Shown here: piece after piece, positions 20,407 through 31,294 of the stretch
Layout of the letters: each line of letters opens with the position of its first letter
Position numbering within the stretch: position 1 is the stretch's first letter
Assembly: GCA_918797485.1 (NCBI GenBank)
Contig: CAKKNE010000005.1
Span: 3,844,001-3,908,000, forward strand
Direction of reading: 5' to 3'
DNA: 64,000 nucleotides
Source: Pelagomonas calceolata
Lineage: Eukaryota
Notes under the pieces: generated by a model
Database searches by the model: none
What the model saw: the letters and a program-made list of their open reading frames with translations, nothing else
Told to the model about the DNA's origin: nothing
Translations under genes and position numbers: made by a program

Positions 20407-22215
20407 ATGGCCGAGCAGGAGTGTGTGGGCTTCATCGACATGGACTGCTTCTACGTCGCGGTGGAACGTACGCTCGACAAGTCCCTCGTCGGCGTCCCCT
20501 GCGCGGTCTGCCAGTACGAGTCGCAGCAGAAGGACACGAAGACCGTCGACCGGACGGAGAACCGGAAGGTGACCGTCGGCGGCGCGTCGTTGATCGCCGT
20601 GTCGTACGAGGCGCGGGCGCGGGGCGTCACGCGGATGATGAACACGGGCGCCGCGCGCAAGCAGTGCCCAGAGCTCATCACGGTCATGGCACGTATTCCG
20701 CGTCCTCGACGCGCCTTCGCTCTCTGCGCCATCGACGCAACTCATCTGTCATCACCGCAGGTCCCGACCGCACACGGCAAGGCCAACATGGCCGTCTACA
20801 AGGAGGCGGGCCAGGCCGTCTGCGAGGTCCTGGCCGACTTCGCCGAGAAGGTGGAGAAGCGGTCCGTCGACGAGGTCGCCGTCGACGTCACGCGCGCGGC
20901 GAAGGACCTGCTGGAATCAACGCCCTTCGCCGATGTTCTAGAAGAGGCCCTCGCGCCCGGCAGCCACCAGGCCGACAGCGCGGCGACGCTCGAGATGGCG
21001 CGCGAGAGCCACGCGGCCAATAGGAAAGGCTCTAAAGCGCAGAAGGAGCGACTGGAGAGGACGAGCGCGGGCGGCGACTACGACCAGGAGGAGCGCATGC
21101 TCATGGCCGCGGCCGTCGTCGTGAGCCGCGCGCGCAGGGCCGTGAGCGATCGGTTGGGCTTTTCCTGCAGCGGCGGCGTCGCTCCTACAAAACAGCTCGC
21201 AAAGCTTGGGTGCGGGCTCCACAAGCCGAATCAGCAGACCGTGGTCCTGCCGCGGCACATCGACGGGTTGCTGCAGGATTTACCGTTGGATCGGCTCCAG
21301 GGTCTAGGGGGCAAGGAGGGCAAACAGCTCATATCGCGGCTGGGCGTCACGACGGCGGGCGAGCTCGGCGCGCTGACGCCCGACGATCTAGTGAGGGCGG
21401 GCGCGGCCGACGAAGGCTCCGCGCGCATCTACATCGCGATGGCCCGCGGGACGTATCGCGATCCCGTCGTGCACCGCATGACGTACAAGTCGTTTGCTGC
21501 TTCGAAGAACTTCTACCGGGAGGCCCTCGACACGGACGAGGCCGTCGACGCGTGGCTCAAGAAGTTCAGCGAGGAGCTCTGGGAGCGCGTCACGAAGGAT
21601 CGCGAGAAGCACAACCGCGCGCCGACGAACGTGACGATATCAGTAAATCGGGGCGGCAGTAGTGTCTCGCGGACGGGCCCCTTGTCGATCGGCTGGGTAG
21701 GTTCGGCGGCCGTCGTGCACGACGGCGCTGTATCATTGTTCAGGAGATACGCGCAGTCGATTCAAACGCCGTACCAGATCCAGACGTTAGGGGTGGGCGT
21801 CGGAAACTTCGTGGACTTACCGAAAGAAGGAAAGGGCGGCGGCATCATGAACCTGTTCAAGAGCACGAAGCCGGCGTCGTCGTCGCCGCGGCCGCCCGCG
21901 CCTCAGAAGCGGTCGTCGGGCGGCATCGGAAAGTTCCTTGGCAAAGCTCAAGCGCCGCCGCCGCCGCCGGCACGGAAGAAGAAGCCCGCCGCGAAGGGCA
22001 TGGAGGCGTTCCTCGGCGGTGGCCCACAGAAGAAGGCGCGGCGCGCGCCCGCGGAGGTCATCGACGTCGACGCGCCGTTGGTGCACCGGCCGGCGAACGA
22101 CGTCGTGATCGACGTCGACGCGGAGCCGTGGACCTGCTCGAAGTGCACGTACCACCACGCCGAGGCCGAGGCCGGATTCCTCGCGTGCGCGATGTGCGGC
22201 GCCCAGAAAGAGTAA
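20407..22215 (+). CDS. POLH: Y-family DNA polymerase eta with C-terminal RanBP2-type zinc finger; probable in-frame intron 20689-20760
   Basis: FIDMDCFYVAVE, LIAVSYEARARGVTR, RSVDEVAVD, LAKLGCGLHKPNQQT, LQGLGGK, and C-terminal WTCSKCTY..CAMCG. Confidence 0.88.
   Translation: MAEQECVGFIDMDCFYVAVERTLDKSLVGVPCAVCQYESQQKDTKTVDRTENRKVTVGGASLIAVSYEARARGVTRMMNTGAARKQCPELITVMARIPRPRRAFALCAIDATHLSSPQVPTAHGKANMAVYKEAGQAVCEVLADFAEKVEKRSVDEVAVDVTRAAKDLLESTPFADVLEEALAPGSHQADSAATLEMARESHAANRKGSKAQKERLERTSAGGDYDQEERMLMAAAVVVSRARRAVSDRLGFSCSGGVAPTKQLAKLGCGLHKPNQQTVVLPRHIDGLLQDLPLDRLQGLGGKEGKQLISRLGVTTAGELGALTPDDLVRAGAADEGSARIYIAMARGTYRDPVVHRMTYKSFAASKNFYREALDTDEAVDAWLKKFSEELWERVTKDREKHNRAPTNVTISVNRGGSSVSRTGPLSIGWVGSAAVVHDGAVSLFRRYAQSIQTPYQIQTLGVGVGNFVDLPKEGKGGGIMNLFKSTKPASSSPRPPAPQKRSSGGIGKFLGKAQAPPPPPARKKKPAAKGMEAFLGGGPQKKARRAPAEVIDVDAPLVHRPANDVVIDVDAEPWTCSKCTYHHAEAEAGFLACAMCGAQKE
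20689..20760 (+). other. Probable 72-nt in-frame GC-AG intron
   Basis: ATG|GCACGT...CACCGCAG|GTC. Removal gives CPELITVMVPTAHGKANM, matching the spacing I recall for pol eta (CPxLxxxxVxxxxGKA). A GT donor at 20683 is also in frame. Confidence 0.65.
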
Positions 22216-22245
22216 TTGTAGTGATTGTCGTACACACAAGTCTTA

Positions 22246-25200
22246 TTATATTCCTCCTTCCTCGCGCGGTCGCTTCTTGGGCGACGAGACGGTTGCGGGT
22301 GCAGGCGTGAGGATGCGCCACGTCCGCCCTTTTTCGGCCAGATCTAGTTTGTACTTGAGGTGGATGTGCTTGGGCCGCGGGTCGCTCTGTAGCACGAACT
22401 CATACTCGTCCTTCTGGTCACCTGCGAGCCTGATGAGCGACTGCAGCTGCGCGTAGCAGTGGTAGGCGCGGTCCTCCGGCACGCTTGCCTTGCGCTTCTT
22501 GTGTGGTTTGGGGTCACCGATCGAGTTCACAATGCACAGATCGATGCCCTCTTTTCAGGGATTCTCAAGCGTCGTCCCCTTGGTCCAGACCACTTCGACG
22601 GTATCGCCCTCCCGCGGCCACGGGCACTCATCATCCGCGTCGGACTCGTCGGCCGCCGCCGCGACCGGCCGTGCTGGAGCGGGCGGCGGAGGCGCTGCGG
22701 CCGTCGGGGACTCAGGTCCTATCGTCTGCTTTTTCTTTCGGCGCTTCGGGGGCGGCGCGTCCGCGACGGGCGGCGCGGCTGGAGCTTCGGCCTCGGGCGG
22801 CGGCGCGGGCGCGGGCGGAGCTCGTCGCGGCGCGTCGTCGCGCGGCGCCGGCGCCGACGCAAGGCACGCAATGTCCTCGTCGTCGTCCGTGTCGTCGCGC
22901 CGCGGCTCGTGGCGGAAGCCGTCCGCCGCGGCCCTCATCTGATCGGGTACGTTGTCGGACGAGGCCTCGGGGTCGGGAGCGTCGGCAGCGCCGGGCGGCG
23001 GCGCCACGCTCGGGCTCGACGGACCTTCCGCAGGCGGCAGCGACGGCGGCGGCGGCGGCGGCCCATTCAAGTGCTCGTCGCGGCACGCTCGGCACGGGTC
23101 GGCAGCCCGGCACCCCGCCACGCGGCACGCGGCACGCTGCGGCACGACCGGGTCCGTCGGCGGCCGCGCCGGATCCTCATTGGGCGGCGGCGGCGGCGGT
23201 TGGTCAGCTCGCGCGGCCGCCGCCTTGTCGCGCATCATGTCCAGCGTCACCGCGTCGGCAGCGTTATCTCTTTGGCGCAATTTCGTCCAATGATCCCTAA
23301 TAGTCGACTCGGCTCGCAGCGATGTCGGAGGGGGCAATTTCTCGAAAACACTCTTCCAGTTTATCGGGCCAGAGCCCACGCGCGACTCGCCGACGGCGCG
23401 GCGCAGCGCCTCATCCTCCTCGGGTTCCCACTTTTTCCCTTTCATCTTCGCCGCCGCCGCCACTTTTTCCAGCTCCGCAATTTTCGCGCGGAGCGCCGCG
23501 TTGCTTTCCGCTTCGGCCTTGGCCCTGGCCTCCGCTTCGGCCCTGGCCTTGGCCTCGGCCTCGGCCCTCGCCGCTTCGGCCTTGGCCTGGGCCTCGGCGG
23601 CCGCGACCTGGCGCGCGGCCTGCGCCTCGATCTCGGCGCGTTCGAGCGCCGCGGCGGACGATGGCACGTGCGAGAACGTGCCATCGTCGATGTCGGAGAG
23701 CTCCTCGCGCGACGGCGCGGCCACCGGCTCAGGTGCCGCCGGCGCCGCGGCCGGCTCGGGTAAGGGCGCCGCCGCGGCCGGCTCGGGTGAGGGCGCCGGC
23801 GCCGCCGCGGGCGCGGCTGGAGGTGCCGGCGCGGCAGGAGCAGCGGGCGGCGCCGGCGCGGCGGGCTCGGGCGCCGGCGCGGCCGCGGCGGGCGCGGGCG
23901 GAGGCGCGTCGTCAGCGTCGTCACCGGCGTCCTCGTCCGCGGCGTCGGTAGCGGGCGCGGCGTGCTCGTCGCGGTAGCGCGCCAGGGCCCGCCGGAGGGC
24001 GTTCGCCTTCAGCATCTTCCACCCTGCCGCATCAAATACTTCGTGCAGCGCCTCGGCGGGCAGCGCCGCGAACTCCGCGAGGCTGGACGCGCGCGCCGCG
24101 GCGAAGGGCGCGATGTTCGCGAGGAAGTCGGCGTTGGCCGGCAGGAACGCGACGAGCTCGGCGCGGAGGCGCGCGGCCGCGTCGGCATCCGAGGCGTCGG
24201 AGTCGGACTCTTCCGGCGCCGGCAGCGGGCCGTCGTCCGTGTCCGAGCCCGCCGGCGCCGGCTCGTCGCCGGCGTCCGGCTCGACTGCGGCATCGCCGTC
24301 GCCGCCCGACGACGCCGGCTCGTCCTGCGCGAAGAATTGCGGGAACGCCGCCTGCGTCGCCGCCTCCTCGCCGGGGAAGTTCACGGCCGCCATGTCATTG
24401 GCGAGCAGGAGTGCGTCGATTGCGCGCGCCGCGGCCTCTTCCGTGGGGTAGGTGCCGGCGCTCGTGGATTTGCCCTCGATCCCGACGCACGTGTTCCAGG
24501 ACGCCCCGGCCGTCTTGGGCGGATACACGTACCGGTAGCGCTGCGTGCCCCGCTCGAGGCGCAGCCGCTCGCGCTCCTGCTCGTACGACTCGTCGACATA
24601 GCGCACGCAAATCTCTTCGCCGGGGTAGACGTCGCGCAGCATCGTCAGGGCTGAGCACGTGCCCGGCAGTGCCCGCTCGATGGTCCGCTTCGCGTTCGGT
24701 TCCTGGTTGCGCGCCTCATTGACGAAATAAGATAAAGCCCAGGCGCCCCGGGGCTCGCCGGCGTAGGATCCGATCTTCAGGTGGTTCCGCTCGTTGATGT
24801 ACAGGAAGCGCTCGCTCCGCGCGCCGCCGTCCTGGTCCCTGTCCGGCGGCGGGCCCTCCATGTAGATCGCCGTCGGGTCGACGATCGTGCGGCCCTCGAT
24901 CAGGCGCACCTTCGCCACCGTGCCGTGGCCGTGCACGACGCCCTGATTGGTAATCTTGAGCTGGCGGTGCCACTTGTCCCAGAGCTCGTCGATCTTCCGC
25001 TCCTCCAGCGCGCGGTTGTTGGGCGTGCGCACGGCGTTCGCGTCGTAGAAGCGCAGGCCGTTCGCGTCCGGCTCGCGCGTCGTCAGCGCCGGCGCCGCGG
25101 CGGGCGCCGCCGCGCGCCGCGGCTGCCGCGCGGCGGGCCGGGGCGCCGGCGCCGGCGCCCGGCGCCCTGTGAGCGCCGGCGCCGCGCCGCGCCGCGGCGG

Positions 25201-26548
25201 CTCGACGATCCGGCCCAGCGCGTCGGCCGTCGCCGTGCCGTGCTCCTCGAGCCGCGCCCGCGCCCAGCGCACGCCCTTCGAGCAGCCCGTCAGCGAGCGG
25301 TCCAGCGCCCGCAGCTCGCCCGGCCGGACGTCGTCCTGGTCGTCGTCGTCCGTGAACGCGACGACCAGGGTCCCGTCGGCGTTCGCCTTCACCACGAGGC
25401 CGTACCACGTCTTGGGGATGCCTTCTGCGGTCCTAGTCCAGTCGTGGTCCCACACGCCGAGGCACCACTCGCCGGGCCGCCAGTCGGTTCGGATGAGGCG
25501 GGGGAGGAAGTCCGCGCCCGGGCTTACCTCGCCCCGCAGCAGCGCGAGCAGCTCGGGTTTGCCGTCCGATGGTAGGGGGCCCAGCTTGCGCCGTTTTGCC
25601 TCCTCGCGGAGGTGGCCCTCCGAGAGCGTCGCGAGGTCCATGGCGCGCGGGAGCACGAGCGCGCGCCGCGCCGTGCCGGTCGGTGCCGCGGGCGTGGCTG
25701 CAGGCGGCGCGGTCGGCGCCTCGGGCTCATCATCGTCATTTTCGTCGTCGTCATCGTCCTCGTCCTCCTCGTCCTCGCTGGCCTCGCCGAGCGCGTGCGT
25801 GAGGTAGCGTACGAGATTCGGGATCGAGCGAATCTTGTTTTTCTGTCCTTCGCCGGTCGAGGGAAAATGAGCTGGTACGGAGAGCGCGACGTAGCTCGAC
25901 CTCCAAGAGTCGGTGGTGTTGCTGAAGCCATAGCTCGTCAGCTTGGGTCGGAGCTGCTCAAGGGAGGCGCTGCCGGGCCCCCCCGTGTTTCCTTTTCGCG
26001 CTACTGCGTCCTTGACCTCCCGCAGTAGCTTCCGCGCGGCGGCCTCCCAGTCGCCGTCGACGCGCGGCTCGAGCGTCTCTTCGTCTCGAGGCGCTGCAGG
26101 CGGCGCGATCGGCGCTTCGGCCTCGTCATCGTCGTCGTCGTCCTCGGCGTCGGCGTCGCGTGGCCCGCCCGCCGCGCACGACCTGCCGTGCTGCACGGCC
26201 GCCGGCGCGTGCGCGAAGGTCCGCGGGCAGCCGGCCGGGCACCGGAAGCGGCCGCCCTCGTCGCGGCCGAGCGACTGGCCCACGATGCTGCGGTCTCGAG
26301 GCGCGGGCGGCGCCGGCGCCGGCGCCCCGACCTCTTCCATCGACCGCCTGATCGCCTCGTTCAGGCCGTCGAACTCCCGGTCGTCGCGGCGGGCGCGCGC
26401 GCGGGCGTCGCGGCTCGCGGGCGCCGGCGCCGGCGCCATTGCCGGCGCGGGCGCTGACCGCGGCGGCGGCGCTCTCGGCGCGGGCGCGCTCGGCGCGGGC
26501 GCGCTCGGCGCGGGCGCTCGCGGCGCGGGCGCTCTCGGCGCGGGCGCT

Positions 26549-26581
<33 letters not shown>

Positions 26582-27093
26582 GAACCGCTCTCCGCCGCGC
26601 GCGCGGCCCAGGTCTCGTAGAGGCCCTTCGCGGCCTCGAGCTGCGGCGCCGTCGGCGCGCGCGCGACGAGGGCCGCCTTGTGCGCGGCCGAGCCCCGCGG
26701 CGCGGCCGGCGTCGGCCGCGCCGGCAGCGGCGGCGCGTCCCAGTTCCAGCCCGGCGGCGGCGGCGGCGTCGGGCACATCTTGAGGTAGATGAGGACCTCG
26801 TGGCGGCTCCGGAGGCGGCCCCCCTCCGGCGAGAGGTAGTAGTAGTCCTCGCCATCCGCAACGCGCGGGATCGCGATGACGCTCCAGCCCGCCAAACCCT
26901 GGACGGGGCCCTTGTCGTCGTAGGCGCGCATCTGCGAGCACCAGTGGTTCGCGCAGGACTGGCGCCCCTGCGCGTCCGAGCCGTGCCGCTTCTTGAGGCA
27001 CATCAAACAGCGGCCGCAGCCGCCGTCGTTTCTCCGGCGGCAGCCGGCGCAGTCTCCGCAGCGGTGGGCCTTGCGGGCGCCCGTCTCGGCCAT
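22246..27093 (-). CDS. Multidomain chromatin protein: CXXC, MBD, C2H2, SAP-like, Tudor, SET-like, AP2, Myb/SANT; in-frame TGA at 22557-22555
   Basis: CXXC: RCGDCAGC..CGRCLMC. MBD: DYYYLSPEGGRLRSRHEVLIYL. C2H2-like: CPAGCPRTF..H. Tudor: WYGLVVKANADGTLVVAFTD. SET-like: YFVNEA..LRDVYPGEEICVRY. AP2: GTYPTEEAAARAID..VNFP. Myb: WEPEEDEALRRAV..IRDHW. The same frame continues past the TGA to TAA at 22246. Confidence 0.75.
26471..26560. repeat. 15-bp coding tandem repeat, ~6 units (APAPR/APAPS)
   Basis: Units resembling GCTCTCGGCGCGGGC in tandem. Confidence 0.8.
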
Positions 27094-27358
27094 TATTTCT
27101 GGCTGCTTGCTAGTTTCGGTTGGCGCTCTTTCGTATTTCTGGCTTCTTTATAGCTTCGGTCGGGCGCTCTTTCGGCCGCTCTTGAGTTGTAGCTTTCGTG
27201 TAGAGGTGGCCTCTGTGCTCCTCTGACGCTTGCCCACGGTCCACGGCCGCGTGACTTCGGCCACAGCCACAGGCTGTTCGTGCGTCGTCACGAAACCTAT
27301 ATATCCGATGCCAGGCGCCTGTTAGAGGCAGCTGTGCCTTACGCGACTTTGCAGTTTA

Positions 27359-27384
27359 GCTAGCGTGCTGTAAGACACTAGCAA
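27359..27384 (-). promoter_or_regulatory. GCTAG element, consensus copy
   Basis: Minus strand TTGCTAGTGTCTTACA-GCA-CGCTAGC between divergent starts 27093 and 27601. Confidence 0.7.
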
Positions 27385-27600
27385 CAGGGCATACGGCTAA
27401 GCGGGGCATAAAAGCGCATATAGAAGTGGGTATACGTAGCCGGGCCGACGAAATAGTTCACCTTTCCTGTCATAGAATCGATACGAGCATCGATAGTGCG
27501 TTGATTACGCAGCGGCAGCACTGCCACTGTCACACCCTGTGCGGCAGACCCCCCCTCCAAGCTCTTACCCTAGCCCCTCTAGCAGCCAGCACAAAGCCAG

Positions 27601-28077
27601 ATGGGCGCACGCCAGTCGACGACGCGCCAGCAGGAAAAAGAGGTGCCTCAGCCCCCACCAGTGCCCGCAGCGCGACGAGACGGGCTGAACGCGCCGGCCG
27701 CCGCATTGTGCGCCGCGGGCGCGTCGAGCCTGCTCGCATATCGCCTCACCGCGCCGCGCGCCGTCGCGGGCGTGTCGTCGCCGGGCGCCGTCGCCGGGCG
27801 CGCGCTCGCGCTGGGGACGCTGCTGAGCGTCGGGACCTTTTCCTTCATCATCGGCGGCCTCGCCGCCGCGTACGACGTGCGGACGGCCTCGGAGGCCGTG
27901 ACCGCGGCGCGGAGGGCGGCGCCGCCCGGCCTGCGCCTGACGAGCGAGCCGTCGCCGGCGGACGAAGCTGCGTGGAGGCGCATCGACGCCGATTTGCGAC
28001 GCGCTTGGGACGCGAGCGACTGGACTGCCTTCGACGACGCGTGCCGGAGGGCGTTCTCGCGGCTCGCGGGGGACTAA
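27601..28077 (+). CDS. Small two-TM membrane protein (possibly TMEM242/Aim11-like)
   Basis: Hydrophobic segments and RALALGTLLSVGTFSFIIGGLAAAYDVRT. The family resemblance is weak. Confidence 0.5.
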   Translation: MGARQSTTRQQEKEVPQPPPVPAARRDGLNAPAAALCAAGASSLLAYRLTAPRAVAGVSSPGAVAGRALALGTLLSVGTFSFIIGGLAAAYDVRTASEAVTAARRAAPPGLRLTSEPSPADEAAWRRIDADLRRAWDASDWTAFDDACRRAFSRLAGD

Positions 28078-28173
28078 CTTTTATGAACTTAGTCGATACC
28101 GAGTCCAAACCCAAGGCCAGGCACCGGCTCGACGTCGGCGTCGGACGAGAACATCCTCGCGCGGGCCGGACCC

Positions 28174-29520
28174 ATGGCTGCGACAGCATCGGCCCACGCC
28201 TCATTCGGTGTCATGTCCGTGCCGCGACTGAGCGCCTCGAGGGAGATCGACGCGCACCGGGCCGTCGCTGCGGCCGCGCCCGGACTAGTGCCACGCGTCA
28301 TAAATTCGTTCGTCACTGCGGACGACGATGTCACGGCCGGTGCGCTTTTCATGGAGTATTTGCCGCCCGACGAGTACGTGCTGTACGAGACCCTGGACCC
28401 GCTCACGCCGCGGCATCTGTTGCTGGCTGTGCAAGCCGTGGAACGTTTCCATGCGGTCGGCTACCGTCACGGCGACCTGCACTTTAAAAACATTCTGTGG
28501 AGTGTCAAGGCACAGAGCGTTAAAATTATAGACCTCGAGACGGCGCGCCCGGACGACGACCCGTGCCGCGGCCGGGACGATGGCCGATGCGACGACGCCA
28601 TCTCCGTGACTGCGTGGGATCTCAAGGTGTCGTCGGCGGACTCGCGTCAGTTTTGGGACAGCGTCGCCGCGTTCCTGGGTGAGTATGGCCGATACTACGA
28701 TCTGAATTTTTTGAGGGACTCGAAGCCCCTCGTGAAAGCCCGACGCGTGGCCCCGAGGGTCGCGCGACGGCGCGGCGTGTTTCTCGGCGCGGCCGAGGCA
28801 TTGACCCGGCAGCGGCGCTACGTCCGACGCTTCGAGGCCGTCCATGGCTCCGTCGATATCGTCCGCCACTTGGCGGGGCCGAGGGCTATAAAGCTTTACC
28901 GCCGGCGGCTCGAGCCTCAGGGCGCCGTCTACACGCGGTCGATAATGCTCGTGCGCCGCGGAGTGCTCAAAGTCGCGACGGTCCACGGCAAGCGCGACGT
29001 GTGGCCCGAGTGGGAGGCTCAGGCCGAGGTCCACGCGGCCGCGCCCGATCTGGCCCCGCGGACGATGGGCTACGTGGCCATCGACGACGTTGATCAACCG
29101 ACGACGACCTTCGTGGGACTTTCGGAGCGCGTCGAGGGCACGCCCCTGAGCGAGCTTGACTTGCTCCGGCCCCTCCATTTGCGCCTCGCGTCCGCAGCAT
29201 TGGATAGGCTGCATCGGCTCGGATTCCGTCACGGCGATGGGCACCTCGGAAATTTTATCCTCGGAAACGATGGCACGACGATCCGCATCATCGACTATGA
29301 ACAAGCTGCCCGGAACGCCTCGTGCGCGCGGGACGGCTGCGCCGACAAAATTTTCCTAACGAAAGCCGACGTCGAGCACCTGCGCAACGGCACCTCCCTA
29401 TCAATGCGTGAAGCGTGGCACAGCGCAGGCGCGGCGCTCGGCGCGCGGCGAGGCGCCCACTCCTCGCTGAGACGATTCTTCCTGGACCTGAGACGGACGG
29501 GGCGCGGAAGGCCAAACTAG
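28174..29520 (+). CDS. Tandem double kinase-like protein (APH/RIO/Kdo-like fold)
   Basis: Two catalytic motif sets: HGDLHFKNIL..IIDLE and HGDGHLGNFIL..IIDYE. Confidence 0.65.
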   Translation: MAATASAHASFGVMSVPRLSASREIDAHRAVAAAAPGLVPRVINSFVTADDDVTAGALFMEYLPPDEYVLYETLDPLTPRHLLLAVQAVERFHAVGYRHGDLHFKNILWSVKAQSVKIIDLETARPDDDPCRGRDDGRCDDAISVTAWDLKVSSADSRQFWDSVAAFLGEYGRYYDLNFLRDSKPLVKARRVAPRVARRRGVFLGAAEALTRQRRYVRRFEAVHGSVDIVRHLAGPRAIKLYRRRLEPQGAVYTRSIMLVRRGVLKVATVHGKRDVWPEWEAQAEVHAAAPDLAPRTMGYVAIDDVDQPTTTFVGLSERVEGTPLSELDLLRPLHLRLASAALDRLHRLGFRHGDGHLGNFILGNDGTTIRIIDYEQAARNASCARDGCADKIFLTKADVEHLRNGTSLSMREAWHSAGAALGARRGAHSSLRRFFLDLRRTGRGRPN

Positions 29521-29545
29521 TCACATCACGTAATACTTAAGATCA

Positions 29546-31186
29546 TCACAAGTCTAGCGCCGCGCCGAGGCGCCGAACGATCCGCGATGACACGTCCAGA
29601 ATGTCCGACACGACGCGGTCCTCGCGCACCGACCGATCATCGCCGGTCGCGATCTTCAGGATTGTCGTGATAACTTCAGAGTTTCCGAGGATCTCGACGT
29701 GGCGCGCCGTCTTCGGGCCGCCGCGCGGGTTGAAACGCTCGGGCTCGTCTCCGTGCTCGCGGAGGACCACCCTCGACCCTGAAGGATTGTAATGATCCGC
29801 CAGCTCTCCGCGCCACAGCGCCGCGCACGGGAAGCCTAACGACTCGAGAGGTACAGTACCGTCGCCGTCCCCAGTCCCGACGCCGCCGTCGTCGCCGCTC
29901 CGGTCGATCGTTCCGAGTTCGCTGTGGTCCCCTGGCGCGCCAGAGTAACGGTAGCTTTTCTCGGTCGCAATACCGACACCGTAGAGGCAGTACACCGTAC
30001 CAATTCCAGGCGGTAGGGCCGTGCTCAGGGGATTCGCTGACGCCGCGTCAAGCGGGTCGACTTCGCGAGGAGGCGTCGGCAGGCGCGCGTCGAGGTCGTA
30101 CCCTCCAGTATGGGGGCCCAGAACGGCTAAAAGATCCGGCACGATCGCGTCAAGGCCGAGCGTCTCGTTGTTCGAGAGCGTGATCACGTCCTCGCCCCAG
30201 ACGGCGTCGCCGCCTTTTGGCAGTAGGCTACCGAGGCCGCCCATCTTGCGGCCGACTTCGCGCCGCATCTCTCGGGTCAACTCTTTGCCGTATGTGTCGA
30301 TAAGGTCATTGATGGGACCCAGCGCCGCTGTCGCCTGCATCTCGCCGCTCAGCATGTTGCCAAGGGGACCGATGGCGCCCAGTAACGAGCCGCCCAGCGA
30401 CACGAACGCGTGGACGTGCCGCTCTGCAAAGCCCGGGTCGACTTGCTCGCACCAAGTCAGGAAGTAGAAGCTTAAAGTGGCTCCCATGGAATGCCCGACA
30501 AGTACGACCTTCTCGTCGTTATGCTTCACGAGCAGTTCGATCTCGTGCTTGAGTCTCGTGAAGTACCGGTCGCGGCGCTCCAGGTTCGGGTAGCTGAGGC
30601 GCCAGTCGTAACAGGCCACGTACATCGAGTTCCTATCGTAGCCGACGGCGGCGGCCTCACGGAAGATCTTAGCCCACAACCAGTAGCCCGGCGCGAAAAA
30701 GTCGCAGGCCGCATATCCTTCGGCGGCCCGTACCTCGCGACCGGCCTGGTCGAGGCCCGTGTCCGCGTCGAGCGTCATGTGGGACAGCCAACAGCTGAAA
30801 TTGCGCAGGATCGCCCTTCCCATCCCGATTCCTCCCCACAGCCGAGTCCGGAAGAAGTCGTCGCCGAAGCAGTCGCCAGGCCGCCACAGCTCGAGGCCGC
30901 ATGAGATAATCCCGGGCACCATCACGAGCGGGTGCTTGGCCGTGCCACTGACGTCAGCTGAGGGTCGGCGTTTCTTCTCGAAATGATATTCGACTTCGTC
31001 GGTCCAGCCGAATCTCCGGAGCACGTCCTGCGCGACCTCGGGGACGTCGTCCATGCTCTTGAGCTGCTTTTCGTAGCCACGAATCCATACGCACGCGAGC
31101 GCGCCGATGGCGGCGTAAACGAGTAGTCGCCGCGGCGGCGTCGGTGGCGCCTGTTCCACCCGACGGCTCCTGCTGCGTGTTTGCAT
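29546..31186 (-). CDS. PDAT: Phospholipid:diacylglycerol acyltransferase (LCAT family)
   Basis: N-terminal TM, KHPLVMVPGIISCGLELW, YDWRLS..LERRDRYFTRLK, VVLVGHSMG, GDGTVP, HVEILG. First ATG at 31186. Confidence 0.9.
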   Translation of the reverse strand: MQTRSRSRRVEQAPPTPPRRLLVYAAIGALACVWIRGYEKQLKSMDDVPEVAQDVLRRFGWTDEVEYHFEKKRRPSADVSGTAKHPLVMVPGIISCGLELWRPGDCFGDDFFRTRLWGGIGMGRAILRNFSCWLSHMTLDADTGLDQAGREVRAAEGYAACDFFAPGYWLWAKIFREAAAVGYDRNSMYVACYDWRLSYPNLERRDRYFTRLKHEIELLVKHNDEKVVLVGHSMGATLSFYFLTWCEQVDPGFAERHVHAFVSLGGSLLGAIGPLGNMLSGEMQATAALGPINDLIDTYGKELTREMRREVGRKMGGLGSLLPKGGDAVWGEDVITLSNNETLGLDAIVPDLLAVLGPHTGGYDLDARLPTPPREVDPLDAASANPLSTALPPGIGTVYCLYGVGIATEKSYRYSGAPGDHSELGTIDRSGDDGGVGTGDGDGTVPLESLGFPCAALWRGELADHYNPSGSRVVLREHGDEPERFNPRGGPKTARHVEILGNSEVITTILKIATGDDRSVREDRVVSDILDVSSRIVRRLGAALDL

Positions 31187-31294
31187 TATTGCTTCTCGGC
31201 AACGCGAAGCACTGGAGACAATTACTAATGAGCCCAAAACTGCGATATATAGACGCCTACGGTTGATTGGGCAGCCAATCAAGCATGCTGCCGC

